64,000 nucleotides of DNA from an uncultured Thermoprotei archaeon. Lineage in GTDB: Archaea; Thermoproteota; Thermoprotei; Thermofilales; B15-G2. Shown here in pieces: positions 18,769 to 29,466 of this stretch. The stretch covers positions 32,001 to 96,000 of the forward strand of contig CBDUKN010000001.1 in assembly GCA_965367815.1 (NCBI GenBank). The letters run 5' to 3'. Each line of letters starts with the position of its first letter. Positions within the stretch are counted from its first letter, which is position 1. Position numbers and translations under genes: made by a program. Below the pieces are notes generated by a model that ran no database searches, had not been told where the DNA came from, and saw nothing but the letters and a program-made list of their open reading frames with translations.

Positions 18769-20043
18769 TTACTTCTCAATTATTTGGAATATTCTTTTGA
18801 GTAACATCCAGCCATGGTCAATTAGCCCTAAACTTCCTTTGCAGAAACATTCTTTCTCTGAAAACAGAGATAATCCATCAGGAGTTATGTTAGGAGAGTA
18901 CACTATAAATGGTACTGGGTCGTCTGTATGTGCTTTTACGCTATAGGGAGTAGCGTGGTCTGAAGTTACTAGAATGGCTACTTTACTCAAGTCTATCTTC
19001 TCTATGAGAGGCTTAATGAAGCACTCGTCAATTAGTTCTATGGATTCTACTTTTCTCTCGAATTCTCCGTCATGTCCAGGTTCATCGGGTCCCTTGAGGT
19101 GTACATAGACTACATCATTTTCTCTCAGCAGGATTAGAGTTTTATCTAGCATGATGCTGTATTCTTTCCTCTTGTCCGGTAAGAGGTCTACTTCAGCTAC
19201 GCTCATTTGAGTTAGTCTTGCTATTCCTTTCTCTACAGGCATCTCAGCTATAGCGGAGAACTTTTTCCCTGAATATAGCTCAGAGATTGGAGGTACTTTA
19301 GGCAGCTTGTTTCCGGCGTCGCGAAGTAGTATCATGTTTGCGGGAAGAAGCCCTCTCTTTTTTCTCTCTATGTTTACTCTGTGATCTTTGAGCGCTTCAA
19401 ATACTTTCTTCGTGAAGATATTTGCTAGCTCAGCAGTTCTTTTGGCTTCAGGACTGTCGTCTAGTGGAGCACAGGGAGCAACTACTGGCTCATAGCTCTT
19501 GACGGCAACTGAAATAGGACCTTCTTTCCTATATGCAGGGTCGGTGTTACTCACGTTTCCAGAGAGCTTATATTTGTCGCTTCCTATGACAACGACTGCC
19601 CTATGACCCACCGTAGCTACGACTTTAGCGTATGCATCGTATTTTCCCAAGTTGATGTATTCTACCGACTTAGCCAGTTCCTTTGCTTCTTCTGATGTTA
19701 AAGTTCGTCCGCATCTTCTATTAATAATTCTTCTGCCGCTGTCATCAACTGTAGCAAAATTAGCCCTAAAAGCCACTTCGTACTCCTCCCTAATTCTTAT
19801 GCCCGCTCCTAGAGCCTCAATGGGTCCTCTTCCTGTATACTGCTTGTGCGGGTCGTAGCCTAGAATAGAAAGCACAGCTGCGTCGCTTTCAGGGGCTATT
19901 CCTCTAGCTATGGTGAAAACCATGCCTCCTTTCGATTTCTTGGCAAGAGAGTCTAGTGAAGGTTTTTTAGCTACTTCATAGGATGTAGGCTTGTCTACGA
20001 GTCTGTCAGCTGCCCCGTCCAATACTAGATATAGTAGTTTCAT
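18769..20043 (-). CDS. apgM: 2,3-bisphosphoglycerate-independent phosphoglycerate mutase (archaeal type)
   Basis: LDGAAD, PESD, GRGPIEALG, KGPDEPGHDG, SDHATP, HTDDPVP. Confidence 0.92.
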   Translation of the reverse strand: MKLLYLVLDGAADRLVDKPTSYEVAKKPSLDSLAKKSKGGMVFTIARGIAPESDAAVLSILGYDPHKQYTGRGPIEALGAGIRIREEYEVAFRANFATVDDSGRRIINRRCGRTLTSEEAKELAKSVEYINLGKYDAYAKVVATVGHRAVVVIGSDKYKLSGNVSNTDPAYRKEGPISVAVKSYEPVVAPCAPLDDSPEAKRTAELANIFTKKVFEALKDHRVNIERKKRGLLPANMILLRDAGNKLPKVPPISELYSGKKFSAIAEMPVEKGIARLTQMSVAEVDLLPDKRKEYSIMLDKTLILLRENDVVYVHLKGPDEPGHDGEFERKVESIELIDECFIKPLIEKIDLSKVAILVTSDHATPYSVKAHTDDPVPFIVYSPNITPDGLSLFSEKECFCKGSLGLIDHGWMLLKRIFQIIEK

Positions 20044-20180
20044 TGAGAAGAAAATAGGGAATTAGTAATTAAACTTAGTGTTTTCGATAAGGCATGTTTT
20101 AGACGGTTTACCCTAGTCCTATTGAAAGGTATTGTTTATTAAGCGGTATTTTTCTAAAAAATGGAGTAAGGTGGACTTAA

Positions 20181-21983
20181 ATGAGTGTTGAACGCCGAGG
20201 AGTCATAAGAAAGGTTAGCGGGCCTGTAGTTGTTGCTGAAGGTATTCCCGATATCAAGTTAGGAGAAGTAGTCGATGTTGGTAGAGAAAGACTTATCGGT
20301 GAAGTCGTTAGAATTTCTGAAAACTTCTTCACAATACAAGTCTACGAGTCCACCAGTGGAATTAAGCCTGGAGAGCCAGTTTATGCCACCGGTAAGTTAC
20401 TTGTAGCCGAGCTTGGCCCTGGCTTAATGAGCACTATTTTCGATGGAGTCCAGAGACCCTTAGAGGAAATACTCAGAAGGGCTGGAAGCTTTATCAAAAG
20501 AGGAATAAAGGTAAATGCGCTTCCAAGAAATAAAAAGTGGTATTTCAAGCCTACTGTCTCTAAGGGAGAGAAAGTGGAAGGAGGAGATGTTCTAGGTATA
20601 GTAAAGGAAACACCGTTAATAGAGCACAAAGTAATGGTTCCTCCAGGTATTAGTGGAGAAGTAACGAAAATTGAGGAAGGAGAATTTACTATAGAAGAGC
20701 CTGTAGCGGTGCTTGAGAAAAACGGCAGAGAAATAGAAGTTAAAATGTATCACGAGTGGCCTGTGAGAGTTCCTAGACCCTATAAGAGGAGATTGCCTTT
20801 AATAGTGCCACTCGTTACAGGCCAAAGAGTACTAGACACGTTCTTCCCAATAGCTAAAGGTGGCGCAGCTTGTATACCAGGAGGCTTCGGCACCGGAAAA
20901 ACTGTCACTTTACATAAAGTAAGCATGTATAGTGACGCTGATATAGTTGTCTACATTGGATGTGGAGAAAGAGGTAATGAGATGTGTGAGCTGTTAACAG
21001 AGTTTCCGAAGCTAATAGACCATAGAAGCAAGCGTCCGCTAATCGAAAAGAGTATAATGATAGCCAATACATCTAACATGCCTGTCTCGGCCCGTGAGGC
21101 GAGCATCTACATGGGAGTAACTATGGCTGAGTACTACAGAGACATGGGCTACGACGTCGCCTTAATAGCCGACTCTACTTCCAGATGGGCTGAAGCTCTC
21201 AGAGAGATATCGGGTAGACTTGGAGAAATGCCTGTAGAAAGAGGATTTCCTGCCTACCTGCCTGACAGAATAGCCGAATTCTATGAGCGAGCCGGCCGAG
21301 TAGAGTGCTTAGGCAGACCAGATAGAGTAGGCTCGCTTACAATAATGGGTGCAGTTTCTCCTCCAGGCGGCGACTTCAATGAGCCTGTTACAATACATAC
21401 TCTGAGGTTCGTTGGAGCAATGTGGGCTCTGTCGACAGATCTAGCTTACAGAAGACACTTCCCTGCAGTAGACTGGCTCAAGAGCTTCAGTCAGTACGCT
21501 GATATAGTTGAAGAGTGGTGGAGAAAAGAAGTAGCAGAAGACTTCGCGCAATACAGACGCAGAGCGCTTAACCTGCTCACAGTGGCTTCTGAAATAGAAG
21601 CTATAGCCTCTATAGTCGGTGAAGGAGCCTTACCAGACGACCAGAGGCTAATTCTCCTCGCAGCAGAAATAATTAGGGAAGGTTTCCTTGTACAGACAGC
21701 GCTCGAAGGAGTAGACGTCAGGTGCTCGCCGGTAAAACAGTACTGGATGCTGAAAATGATGATGGATTTCTATGATAAAGCCTATGTATTGATCAAGAAC
21801 AGAGTACCTATCGACGAAATAGCCGAGCTGCCCGAAGTCTTCGAGATGATGAGAGTCAAAGATGATGAAAGAGATCTAGAGGCAGTAAAAGACCTCTACG
21901 AAAGAGTTATGAAGGCTCTAGAAAATATTGCTAAGAAGTATAATATTTCACTAGAAGCTTTCAAAGAGGTGGGTTTAAGGTGA
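20181..21983 (+). CDS. atpA: A-type ATP synthase subunit A
   Basis: [36 protein letters not shown]. Confidence 0.97.
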   Translation: MSVERRGVIRKVSGPVVVAEGIPDIKLGEVVDVGRERLIGEVVRISENFFTIQVYESTSGIKPGEPVYATGKLLVAELGPGLMSTIFDGVQRPLEEILRRAGSFIKRGIKVNALPRNKKWYFKPTVSKGEKVEGGDVLGIVKETPLIEHKVMVPPGISGEVTKIEEGEFTIEEPVAVLEKNGREIEVKMYHEWPVRVPRPYKRRLPLIVPLVTGQRVLDTFFPIAKGGAACIPGGFGTGKTVTLHKVSMYSDADIVVYIGCGERGNEMCELLTEFPKLIDHRSKRPLIEKSIMIANTSNMPVSAREASIYMGVTMAEYYRDMGYDVALIADSTSRWAEALREISGRLGEMPVERGFPAYLPDRIAEFYERAGRVECLGRPDRVGSLTIMGAVSPPGGDFNEPVTIHTLRFVGAMWALSTDLAYRRHFPAVDWLKSFSQYADIVEEWWRKEVAEDFAQYRRRALNLLTVASEIEAIASIVGEGALPDDQRLILLAAEIIREGFLVQTALEGVDVRCSPVKQYWMLKMMMDFYDKAYVLIKNRVPIDEIAELPEVFEMMRVKDDERDLEAVKDLYERVMKALENIAKKYNISLEAFKEVGLR

Positions 21984-23389
21984 GTGAGGAGTTTAGGTAT
22001 ATTAAAGAATATCAAGGTAAGTGGTATAAAGGAGCACGAGAGATCAGAGGCTCATTGATGTTTGTAGAAAAAGTGGGAAATGTAGGATACGATGAAGAAG
22101 TTAAAATAATAGGAACAGATGGCAGAGAAAGAGTAGGAAGGGTTCTTGAAACCAGTCAAGACGAAGTAGTAATCCAGATACTAGGCGATAGGGCTGGTCT
22201 GACAACAGACTGTCTTATTCACTTCACAGGAACTACGTTCAAAATAAGGGTTTCTGAAGAAGTTCTTGGAAGGATGTTTAATGGACGCTTTGAGCCAATA
22301 GACGGCTTGCCTCCAGTAATGTTTGGTGAGAAAAGAGAGATAACAGGAGAGCCGATAAACCCTGTCGCAAGAGAGTATCCACATGATTTTATTCAGACAG
22401 GAATATCTGCCATAGACGGAAGCCTAAGTCTCGTAAGAGGACAAAAGCTGCCAATATTCAGTGTATCTGGTCTTCCTCACAATATGCTTGCAGCACAAAT
22501 AGCTAGACAGGCTACTGTAAGAGGAAAAGAGGAAGAATTCGCAGTAGTCTTCGCGGGAATCGGTCTAAGAAGCGCTGAAGCAGAGTTCTTCGTAAAAGAG
22601 TTCACAGAATCCGGCGCCATCGAGAGATCAGTAGTAATCCTAAATCTGGCAGAAGATCCTGCAGTAGAAAGACTCATGACTCCAAGAATAGCTCTTACAG
22701 TAGCCGAGTACCTTGCTTTCGAGTTAGAAATGCATGTACTAGTCATATTGACTGATATGACAAACTACTGTGAAGCTCTACGCGAAATGAGCGCAGCAAG
22801 AGGAGAAATTCCAGGCAGAATGGGCTACCCAGGATACATGTATTCTGACCTAGCCACAATATACGAGAGAGCAGGAATAATTAAAGGCAAGAAAGGCAGC
22901 ATAACGTTGCTCCCGATTCTTACAATGCCCGGCGGAGATTTAAGACATCCAATACCAGACCTTACAGGATATATTACTGAGGGACAGATAATACTTAGCC
23001 AGGAGCTTCATGCTCGCGGAATATATCCACCTATAAACGTTCTGCCGAGCCTAAGCAGATTAATGAAAGCTGGCATAGGTCCTGACAAAACAAGAGAAGA
23101 CCACAAGTATGTTGCAGAGCAGCTCTACGATGCTTATTCCAGAGGAGTAAAAGCAAGAGATTTGGCAAGAATCGTAGGAGAAGTTGGACTAAGCCCGAGA
23201 ATGAGAAGATTCCTCAAATTTGCTGATGAGTTCGAAAACAGGTACGTTAAACAAGGAGTAAGAGAAAATAGAAGTATTGAAGAGACCTTAGATATCGCCT
23301 GGGAAGTCCTATCACTACTACCCGAAGAAGAGCTAGTAAGAATACCGAAACACATCATATCAAAGTACCATCCTGCACATAGTGGATAG
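21980..23389 (+). CDS. atpB: A-type ATP synthase subunit B
   Basis: [38 protein letters not shown]. Confidence 0.97.
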   Translation: MSEEFRYIKEYQGKWYKGAREIRGSLMFVEKVGNVGYDEEVKIIGTDGRERVGRVLETSQDEVVIQILGDRAGLTTDCLIHFTGTTFKIRVSEEVLGRMFNGRFEPIDGLPPVMFGEKREITGEPINPVAREYPHDFIQTGISAIDGSLSLVRGQKLPIFSVSGLPHNMLAAQIARQATVRGKEEEFAVVFAGIGLRSAEAEFFVKEFTESGAIERSVVILNLAEDPAVERLMTPRIALTVAEYLAFELEMHVLVILTDMTNYCEALREMSAARGEIPGRMGYPGYMYSDLATIYERAGIIKGKKGSITLLPILTMPGGDLRHPIPDLTGYITEGQIILSQELHARGIYPPINVLPSLSRLMKAGIGPDKTREDHKYVAEQLYDAYSRGVKARDLARIVGEVGLSPRMRRFLKFADEFENRYVKQGVRENRSIEETLDIAWEVLSLLPEEELVRIPKHIISKYHPAHSG

Positions 23390-23391
23390 CC

Positions 23392-24000
23392 ATGAGTACT
23401 ACTTCTTTAAGATACTTACCTGCATCAAGGGGAACGCTCCTTAGACTGCGCCAGCAGCTAGAGCTAGCGAGAAGAGGGAAAAGTGTTCTCGAGATGAGGA
23501 GAGATCAGCTCATTAAGGAGATATTTGCTATGCTAGATAAGCTGAAGATGAGAGCTAAAGTAGAGGAAAAGTACATTAAGGCCTTAGAGGAAGTTAATCA
23601 TCTCAGGTTAAACAGAAGAGAACCCGAGTTTTCTTCGATAGCTTCGCTTGTGAAGCCTCCAATTATAGACGCGCTTATGGTCAGCGTGCAGGGCGTACCT
23701 GTACCTCAGGTGAGAATATTAAAAGAACCTGATTTTTCTCAAGTAAGGGATCCTGAGTACCGTTCAGCGCTTGTAGCGCTATGGGAAGCTATTAAAAATC
23801 TTATTGAGATAACAAATATAGAGATGGCTGTAGAAAGGCTCTGTGCCCAATTAAGCTACATTAATAGAGTAGTAAATAGTCTTGAAGAAAACTTCATACC
23901 TACTCTAGAAGAAACTATAAGGTACATTGAGGAAAAAATTGAAGAAGAAATGCTCGAAGAATTTGTTAGACTAAAGAGGTATAGTAGGGTGGGAGTATAG
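23392..24000 (+). CDS. atpD: A-type ATP synthase subunit D
   Basis: L..ARRG..LE.RRD, RVVNSLE...IP, EEFVRLK. Confidence 0.9.
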   Translation: MSTTSLRYLPASRGTLLRLRQQLELARRGKSVLEMRRDQLIKEIFAMLDKLKMRAKVEEKYIKALEEVNHLRLNRREPEFSSIASLVKPPIIDALMVSVQGVPVPQVRILKEPDFSQVRDPEYRSALVALWEAIKNLIEITNIEMAVERLCAQLSYINRVVNSLEENFIPTLEETIRYIEEKIEEEMLEEFVRLKRYSRVGV

Positions 24001-24938
24001 AGGATTATTTAGCTATTCGGGCTCATGGCCTTAAATTGCATCTTCTTAGAGAAAGAGACTACGAAGACCTAGCTTATGGTAGAAGAAGCTTAAGAGATAT
24101 AGGTTACTTGGAAGCTCCAGAGGAACAGTATGAAATAAGCGAAATTTTAGGTAAAATTGCCTTAAAGTATATTGAACGCATAAATTTCTTGTCAAAAATA
24201 CCTAGTATATACTCTACTTTCTTTAAAGCCTTCTTAGAGGAACTTGAAGTGGAGAACATTAAGGCTAAAATAAGATTCATTTACGGCGAAGAAAAGGAAA
24301 TAGAATTCTTTTACCCATACTACAATTTCGTATCGGCTGAGAAGTTAACTAAAGTTAAATCTCTAAAGGAAATAGAGAATCTTCTCAAGAAAACTCCTCT
24401 TCAATTGCCCTTAACCAAAATAAGCAGACACGGGCTTGATGCTGTTCTCATGTCTCTTGAGTCAAAGTACTTCTCATATTTAAGAAAAGAAATTAAAGCG
24501 AATTTTCTAAAGAAAATGAAGATAGTAGATTTAATAGACTATGAAGGTCTATCAAGACTACTCTATTGGCTAATGATACTCGGCGAGAATGCTGTTAAAA
24601 ACCTTGACAAACTATTTATTCAAGGCTTCTATTCAAAAGATGTAACTTACTTTCTCTCACTAGAGCGTTTATCTAAAAAACTCGGACTAAAGTATGAAGA
24701 AGTAGTCGAGTGCAAAAAATCTGGAAGAATATCAAAAGTGCTAGCTAGCTTAGATAAGATGCTTTTAGCCAGAGCCAGAACAAAAGCTCTATTTAACCCG
24801 ATATCGATACTCTATGTCTACTACTATATGCTGCTCTGTAGAAACGAGCGTAAAAATCTCGAAAAAATAGTTATTGGCCGCGAGCTTAAGCTTCCGCCAC
24901 AGATAGTACTATCTTCGCTTACCCTGTTTTCGCTTTAG
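23997..24938 (+). CDS. atpC: A-type ATP synthase subunit C (start proposed at AUA 23997; ORF track starts at 24036)
   Basis: Upstream in-frame DYLAIRAHGLKLHLL resembles the subunit C N-terminus; C-terminal E.KNL..I.IG; operon context. Confidence 0.7.
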   Translation: MEDYLAIRAHGLKLHLLRERDYEDLAYGRRSLRDIGYLEAPEEQYEISEILGKIALKYIERINFLSKIPSIYSTFFKAFLEELEVENIKAKIRFIYGEEKEIEFFYPYYNFVSAEKLTKVKSLKEIENLLKKTPLQLPLTKISRHGLDAVLMSLESKYFSYLRKEIKANFLKKMKIVDLIDYEGLSRLLYWLMILGENAVKNLDKLFIQGFYSKDVTYFLSLERLSKKLGLKYEEVVECKKSGRISKVLASLDKMLLARARTKALFNPISILYVYYYMLLCRNERKNLEKIVIGRELKLPPQIVLSSLTLFSL

Positions 24939-25303
24939 ATTTTTCCTAGTATCATTATAGCTACTAGTAGCCCGTATATCGCTATACCCTCGGCTAGACC
25001 TCCTAGAATCAAAATGTATGTTTTTAGTTCAGGACGTTCAGCTGAAGCAGCGAAACCGGCTTTAGCTACAGCTGCTAAAGCTATTCCTGAGGCTAAACAG
25101 CTCATCGAGACAGCTACTGCCGCTGCAAGGAAGGGGAATGTTTCGGCTGTAATTATTGCTGACTTAGCAGTAGTCTTTACTGGCGCTGGAGGAGGGGTTT
25201 TGCTCGCATACGCGTGAAGGGTTACTACTGCTAGTGTTGCTATTAGGTTTATGATGATTAGTAGCTTGACTACTGTTTTCTCGGAAATTTTCATATCAAT
25301 CAC
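24935..25303 (-). CDS. atpK: A-type ATP synthase proteolipid (subunit K/c) with N-terminal signal-like extension
   Basis: AERPE loop, GLAEGIAIYGLLVAIMILGKI. Confidence 0.92.
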   Translation of the reverse strand: MIDMKISEKTVVKLLIIINLIATLAVVTLHAYASKTPPPAPVKTTAKSAIITAETFPFLAAAVAVSMSCLASGIALAAVAKAGFAASAERPELKTYILILGGLAEGIAIYGLLVAIMILGKI

Positions 25304-25437
25304 GCAGAAGACTAGCTCTTTTCATTTATAAACATTGCCTTGTAGTTCTAAACATCTAGTCAAGAGGAAATAATACTAGAGTAATAAAAGAGAAAAGAAT
25401 TATTTAACTAACGGAAATTGCCTTAAGAAAACTATAG

Positions 25438-27954
25438 TTACTTAGTTTTAATTTCAGGTGCTATTTCTAGTGGCTCGTAGAGCATACCTCCTCCTTCAAA
25501 GAATTTCGTTGAGAATTCATAGTATACTAGTCTTAGTGCTTGTATTCCCACAGCGAAGCCTTCTATTCCCAATACTATTACGTTTGCGAAGAGAAAGCTT
25601 GCAAGCGGGTTTATCATATGCGCCATTGTTTCTGCTAGTACTCCGAATATTTCGTGTGCTATAGCAAAGGCAGCTAACCTAATATAAGATAGAGAGTTAG
25701 CTGGATAAGCTATAATCATTTCCATTAGCTCTACTATACTATGCATTAAACCTTCTTCTTTCTTTTCAATTATCTTCTCTAAGAAACCTGAAGCAAGTAC
25801 TAGGAATATTGATAGCACTGCTACAATTGTTGCTGGCAGAACTTCGGGCAGCAGAGCTGCTGATAAATCGAATCCATGTTCAATTATATTGTAGGCTATA
25901 TATACTCCAGCCGAGTAGTACATTATCCCAGCGACTCCTGTTCCTCCAAGTAAAGCGCCAATATAGTCATGTGATAGAATCTTATTTACTACACTCAAGG
26001 CCATTGCTAGCAAAAGCTGTATTACTCCGAATATCAGCGCAGTAGCTATTATACCTTCTAGGTCGTGAATAGGGCTCAGAAAGATGGGCTCCCAGACCTC
26101 CTTTAAGAATGCTACTCCGTAAAGAACTCCAAAGAATACTGCTGACAGACCGCAAAACATCATTAAAACCCCTAGAACCGCTACTTGCTCCTTATTCATA
26201 CCTAGGACTTCTTTACGTGTAATGTAAAGATAGGCTCCAAGACCAGCTATTATTGCTCCTAAGCCTACGTCGCCGAACATCAGTCCATACATTAGCGTGA
26301 AAAGTATAGTAAAGAAGAGCGTTGGGTCTATCTCCCAGTAACTCGGTATTCCTCTAGCCAAGGTTAGTGCAGCGAAGTACTTTAATGGACCTTTATGTCT
26401 CAAGTATACTGGAGGCTTGTCTTCAACGCGAGGTTTTCTTGTCTTTAAGTAAATTATTCGAGGAACTCTGCTTTTAATAGTAGTTTCGAGCATAGAGGCA
26501 TATTTCTTTGGGATCCAGCCGATTGCATAGATAACTCTTTTTTGTCTAAATATTCTAAGCTCACCTACGAGGCTTTCTGCCTTAATACAGGCTTCTAGGA
26601 AGGATTCTCTCGAAATCAATTCTTCTGCTAGCTCAGTGAAGTTTGCTAAAACTTCTTTAGCTTCCACAATAATCTTTGGGAGATCCTTTTCTTCAACTAA
26701 CTTAGCAAAATCTACTTTTGATGAAATTTCGGCTAATTTCTTTAAACATTCTTCAGCTTCTTCGGTCACTTCACTTAACTCCATTAATTCTTCTCTAAGT
26801 GAGATTTTCTTCGCCGGAATTTCTCTTTTTTCAATAGCGGATATTTTTTGAGTAATTTTACCGTAATTTAAGGCCTCGGCTACTTCAAGGTATCTGTTGT
26901 CCACTTCTCTCTTAATAATCGTAGCTAATGAGAGAATTTTAAGAAGATCATAGCGATCTTTTAACCTTTCTTTAAGTTCCTCTTCTTTGAGCAGCTCTAC
27001 ATCGCCTATAAACTGGCTTAAGAAAATAGTACGTTCTTTTTCTTCGAGTGCTATAAGACCTTTTTCTATAATTTCTCTTACTTTGTCGACAGTACTTTGA
27101 GGGAAATTCAGTTTAGCAAGTAAGTCTATATTCTTACTAGAGGATAGTCTCATAACTAAATCCAAGGACATTACTGTTGTTAACAAGTTTCGGGCTGTGT
27201 TCAACTCTTCGTGGAGTCGGCGACATACATTATAGGCTTTTTCGAGAATTTCTAGTCTAGTGGCATATTCGAGTTCTATTGAAGACTTAATTAAACTCGC
27301 TATTTCTTTAAGTACATCGAAGGCCCTAGCCTTTATTTTCACTAGCTCTTTTTCAATATTTTCTAGGGCATTTTCAGAAGTAGTATAGCAGTACTCAGGT
27401 AACTTATATACGCTGAAGCCTTGCTTACTCAACTCGTTTTCAACTTCCTTTTCTAAGGCTCTCCTATAGGCTACAATGAGTAGAGTAGAAGTGTTTACCT
27501 TAACAGCATTAATTACGGCCTTAAGTTTTTTAAGAGATTCTATATCCTCTAGCTCTTTTTCACCTATGTAGAGTTTTAACACTACAGGTTTCTCTTTAAT
27601 AGAAAATACCCTGGGTTCTATTTTTAGAGTTTTCAGTACTTCTACTACTTTTTTCAAAAATAGTTTATCAGAGTACTCTTTGCACAACTTAGCTAACTCG
27701 ACTACGAGAGGATCGTCTCTAGGCAAGTATCTTCTTGCTTCTTCCAATGCTTTTTCTATGTTTATTTCATCTATGCTAACTCTTTTCTTAAGTATATCTG
27801 AGAAAAGCTTGGGCATTGATAGTTCGAGTCTATAGGCATGAGGGTCTAAGTGCACTGCTCCAACGCTTATTAAGGCATCGATAAGTTTATCTTTGTATTC
27901 TGATGGTACTAATACTCTGAAATGAACCATTTCCTCGGGTCTGATAACTGTCAT
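25438..27954 (-). CDS. atpI: A-type ATP synthase subunit I (a)
   Basis: P.YWEIDPT, MFGDVG, SYIRL.AF..AH, IQALRL.YYEF..KFF. Confidence 0.93.
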   Translation of the reverse strand: MTVIRPEEMVHFRVLVPSEYKDKLIDALISVGAVHLDPHAYRLELSMPKLFSDILKKRVSIDEINIEKALEEARRYLPRDDPLVVELAKLCKEYSDKLFLKKVVEVLKTLKIEPRVFSIKEKPVVLKLYIGEKELEDIESLKKLKAVINAVKVNTSTLLIVAYRRALEKEVENELSKQGFSVYKLPEYCYTTSENALENIEKELVKIKARAFDVLKEIASLIKSSIELEYATRLEILEKAYNVCRRLHEELNTARNLLTTVMSLDLVMRLSSSKNIDLLAKLNFPQSTVDKVREIIEKGLIALEEKERTIFLSQFIGDVELLKEEELKERLKDRYDLLKILSLATIIKREVDNRYLEVAEALNYGKITQKISAIEKREIPAKKISLREELMELSEVTEEAEECLKKLAEISSKVDFAKLVEEKDLPKIIVEAKEVLANFTELAEELISRESFLEACIKAESLVGELRIFRQKRVIYAIGWIPKKYASMLETTIKSRVPRIIYLKTRKPRVEDKPPVYLRHKGPLKYFAALTLARGIPSYWEIDPTLFFTILFTLMYGLMFGDVGLGAIIAGLGAYLYITRKEVLGMNKEQVAVLGVLMMFCGLSAVFFGVLYGVAFLKEVWEPIFLSPIHDLEGIIATALIFGVIQLLLAMALSVVNKILSHDYIGALLGGTGVAGIMYYSAGVYIAYNIIEHGFDLSAALLPEVLPATIVAVLSIFLVLASGFLEKIIEKKEEGLMHSIVELMEMIIAYPANSLSYIRLAAFAIAHEIFGVLAETMAHMINPLASFLFANVIVLGIEGFAVGIQALRLVYYEFSTKFFEGGGMLYEPLEIAPEIKTK

Positions 27955-28078
27955 TAATGATCACATTAAAGTAAAGAGGGAGCTTTATAAGTTTTAACTA
28001 TGTTCTCCTACATATAAAAGTCTCAGCTAATTACTAAAATTTAAATTTAGGTAGTTAATCCATTAAAGGGGATAAAAT

Positions 28079-28399
28079 TTGAATATTATCGCTGTCGGTA
28101 AAGGACATGCTGTTGAGAGCTTGAAGTTACTTGGCTTTGATGTATGTAAGGTTAGGGAGCTAAGTGAAGAAGAAGCCATGAAGGTATGTGAAAAAGCATT
28201 AGAAGCAAAAGCAATAGTTATAGAAGAAGAAGTATACAAAGCCTTTAAACATAAAATAAATCCCGTGACATCTGGGATGAAAAATCCTCCAGTGCTTATT
28301 GTGGTGCCAAGTATTGAAATCAGGGAGACTAGCAGATTAAAAGAACTTTATTCACTTTTATCGCAAGCTGTAGGGGTGAAGTTGAGATGGGTGAAGTAG
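28079..28399 (+). CDS. atpF: A-type ATP synthase subunit F
   Basis: I.AVG...L.LLG, P.LIVVP, QAVGV. Confidence 0.8.
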   Translation: MNIIAVGKGHAVESLKLLGFDVCKVRELSEEEAMKVCEKALEAKAIVIEEEVYKAFKHKINPVTSGMKNPPVLIVVPSIEIRETSRLKELYSLLSQAVGVKLRWVK

Positions 28400-28698
28400 G
28401 CTTTATATCAATTCTAATTGAAGAAGAGAGAAAGGCTGAACTTATCATTGAAAACGCTAAAAAGAAAGCCGAGGAAATAATTGAAGAGGCTAAAAGAAAG
28501 GCTAAAGCATTAATAGAGGAAAGAACTAAAATAAACGAAGATGAAATAATAGAGAAAGAATTAAAGTATATTGAAAAGGAAGTAGAGGAACTAAAAAAGA
28601 AGCTAGATACTGATATAAGCAATCTACGTGAGCAAATAAATAAAAAGAAAGCTGATATAGTAAACATGCTTTTGCAACATATTCTTTTCTTAGGGTGA
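28387..28698 (+). CDS. A-type ATP synthase subunit H/G (peripheral stalk)
   Basis: EEERKAE.IIE.AK..AEEIIEEAK coiled coil between atpF and atpE. Confidence 0.75.
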   Translation: MGEVGFISILIEEERKAELIIENAKKKAEEIIEEAKRKAKALIEERTKINEDEIIEKELKYIEKEVEELKKKLDTDISNLREQINKKKADIVNMLLQHILFLG

Positions 28699-28704
28699 AA
28701 AAAT

Positions 28705-29355
28705 ATGAGTGAGCAAGTTAGTATAGAAGAAAAAGAAATAGTTGAAGCTCTTTTAAAAGAAGTACGCGAGTCTGCTCAAAAAGAAGCTGAGAAAATACTT
28801 AAGGAAGCAGAAGAAAAAGCTAAAGAAATATTAAAAGAAGCTGAGGCTAGAGCTGAAGAAGAGCTTAAAAAGAAAATAGAGAGAATAAAGAAGAGGGTGC
28901 GCAGCGAAGTTTCCAGTAAAATCGCTTTAGAAAAAATGAGAATTAGAAGAGAGTATCTAATGGAAAAAGAACGCATAATAGAAGACTTACTTAGTGAAGT
29001 ATCGGAGAAAATAAGAAGACTTATTGAAAAAGATCGTGAGAAGTACAAGTTATGCCTACTGAATCTGATAATTGAAGCTACTCTAAATATGCAAAATGAA
29101 AAACTATTCGTAGTTACTACAAAAAGAGACACCAAATTAGTGGAGGAAATACTTCCTGAGGCAGAAAAGCTTCTTTTAAAGAAATACTCTCGTAAAGTTA
29201 GGCTCAGACTAGCTGAAGAGAAGATAGAGGCTTTAGGTGGAGTAATCCTCAGAGACAAGGATAGTAAAGAAATATACAATAACACGATTGAAGCACGAAT
29301 TAATAGAGTAAAAACGGAAGTACTGCCTAAAATACTTTCAGAAATAGTTAAGTAG
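28705..29355 (+). CDS. atpE: A-type ATP synthase subunit E
   Basis: Coiled coil then GGVIL...YNNTIEARI. Confidence 0.88.
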   Translation: MSEQVSIEEKEIVEALLKEVRESAQKEAEKILKEAEEKAKEILKEAEARAEEELKKKIERIKKRVRSEVSSKIALEKMRIRREYLMEKERIIEDLLSEVSEKIRRLIEKDREKYKLCLLNLIIEATLNMQNEKLFVVTTKRDTKLVEEILPEAEKLLLKKYSRKVRLRLAEEKIEALGGVILRDKDSKEIYNNTIEARINRVKTEVLPKILSEIVK

Positions 29356-29466
29356 TTCCCCCTCACCTTAAAGTTTCACAACTATTTCTCTGAAATAATT
29401 TAAGTAAAATAAAGCTTTATTCAAGCCTCTAGCACTAAACTATAATAGCTAAGTAATTTAATTAAA

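Noticed and set aside
28329-29366. Long antisense ORFs (also 12060..12560, 54754..55326 and others)
   Set aside because: Shadows of coiled-coil or hydrophobic genes on the opposite strand; Ser/Phe/Leu-biased with no motifs
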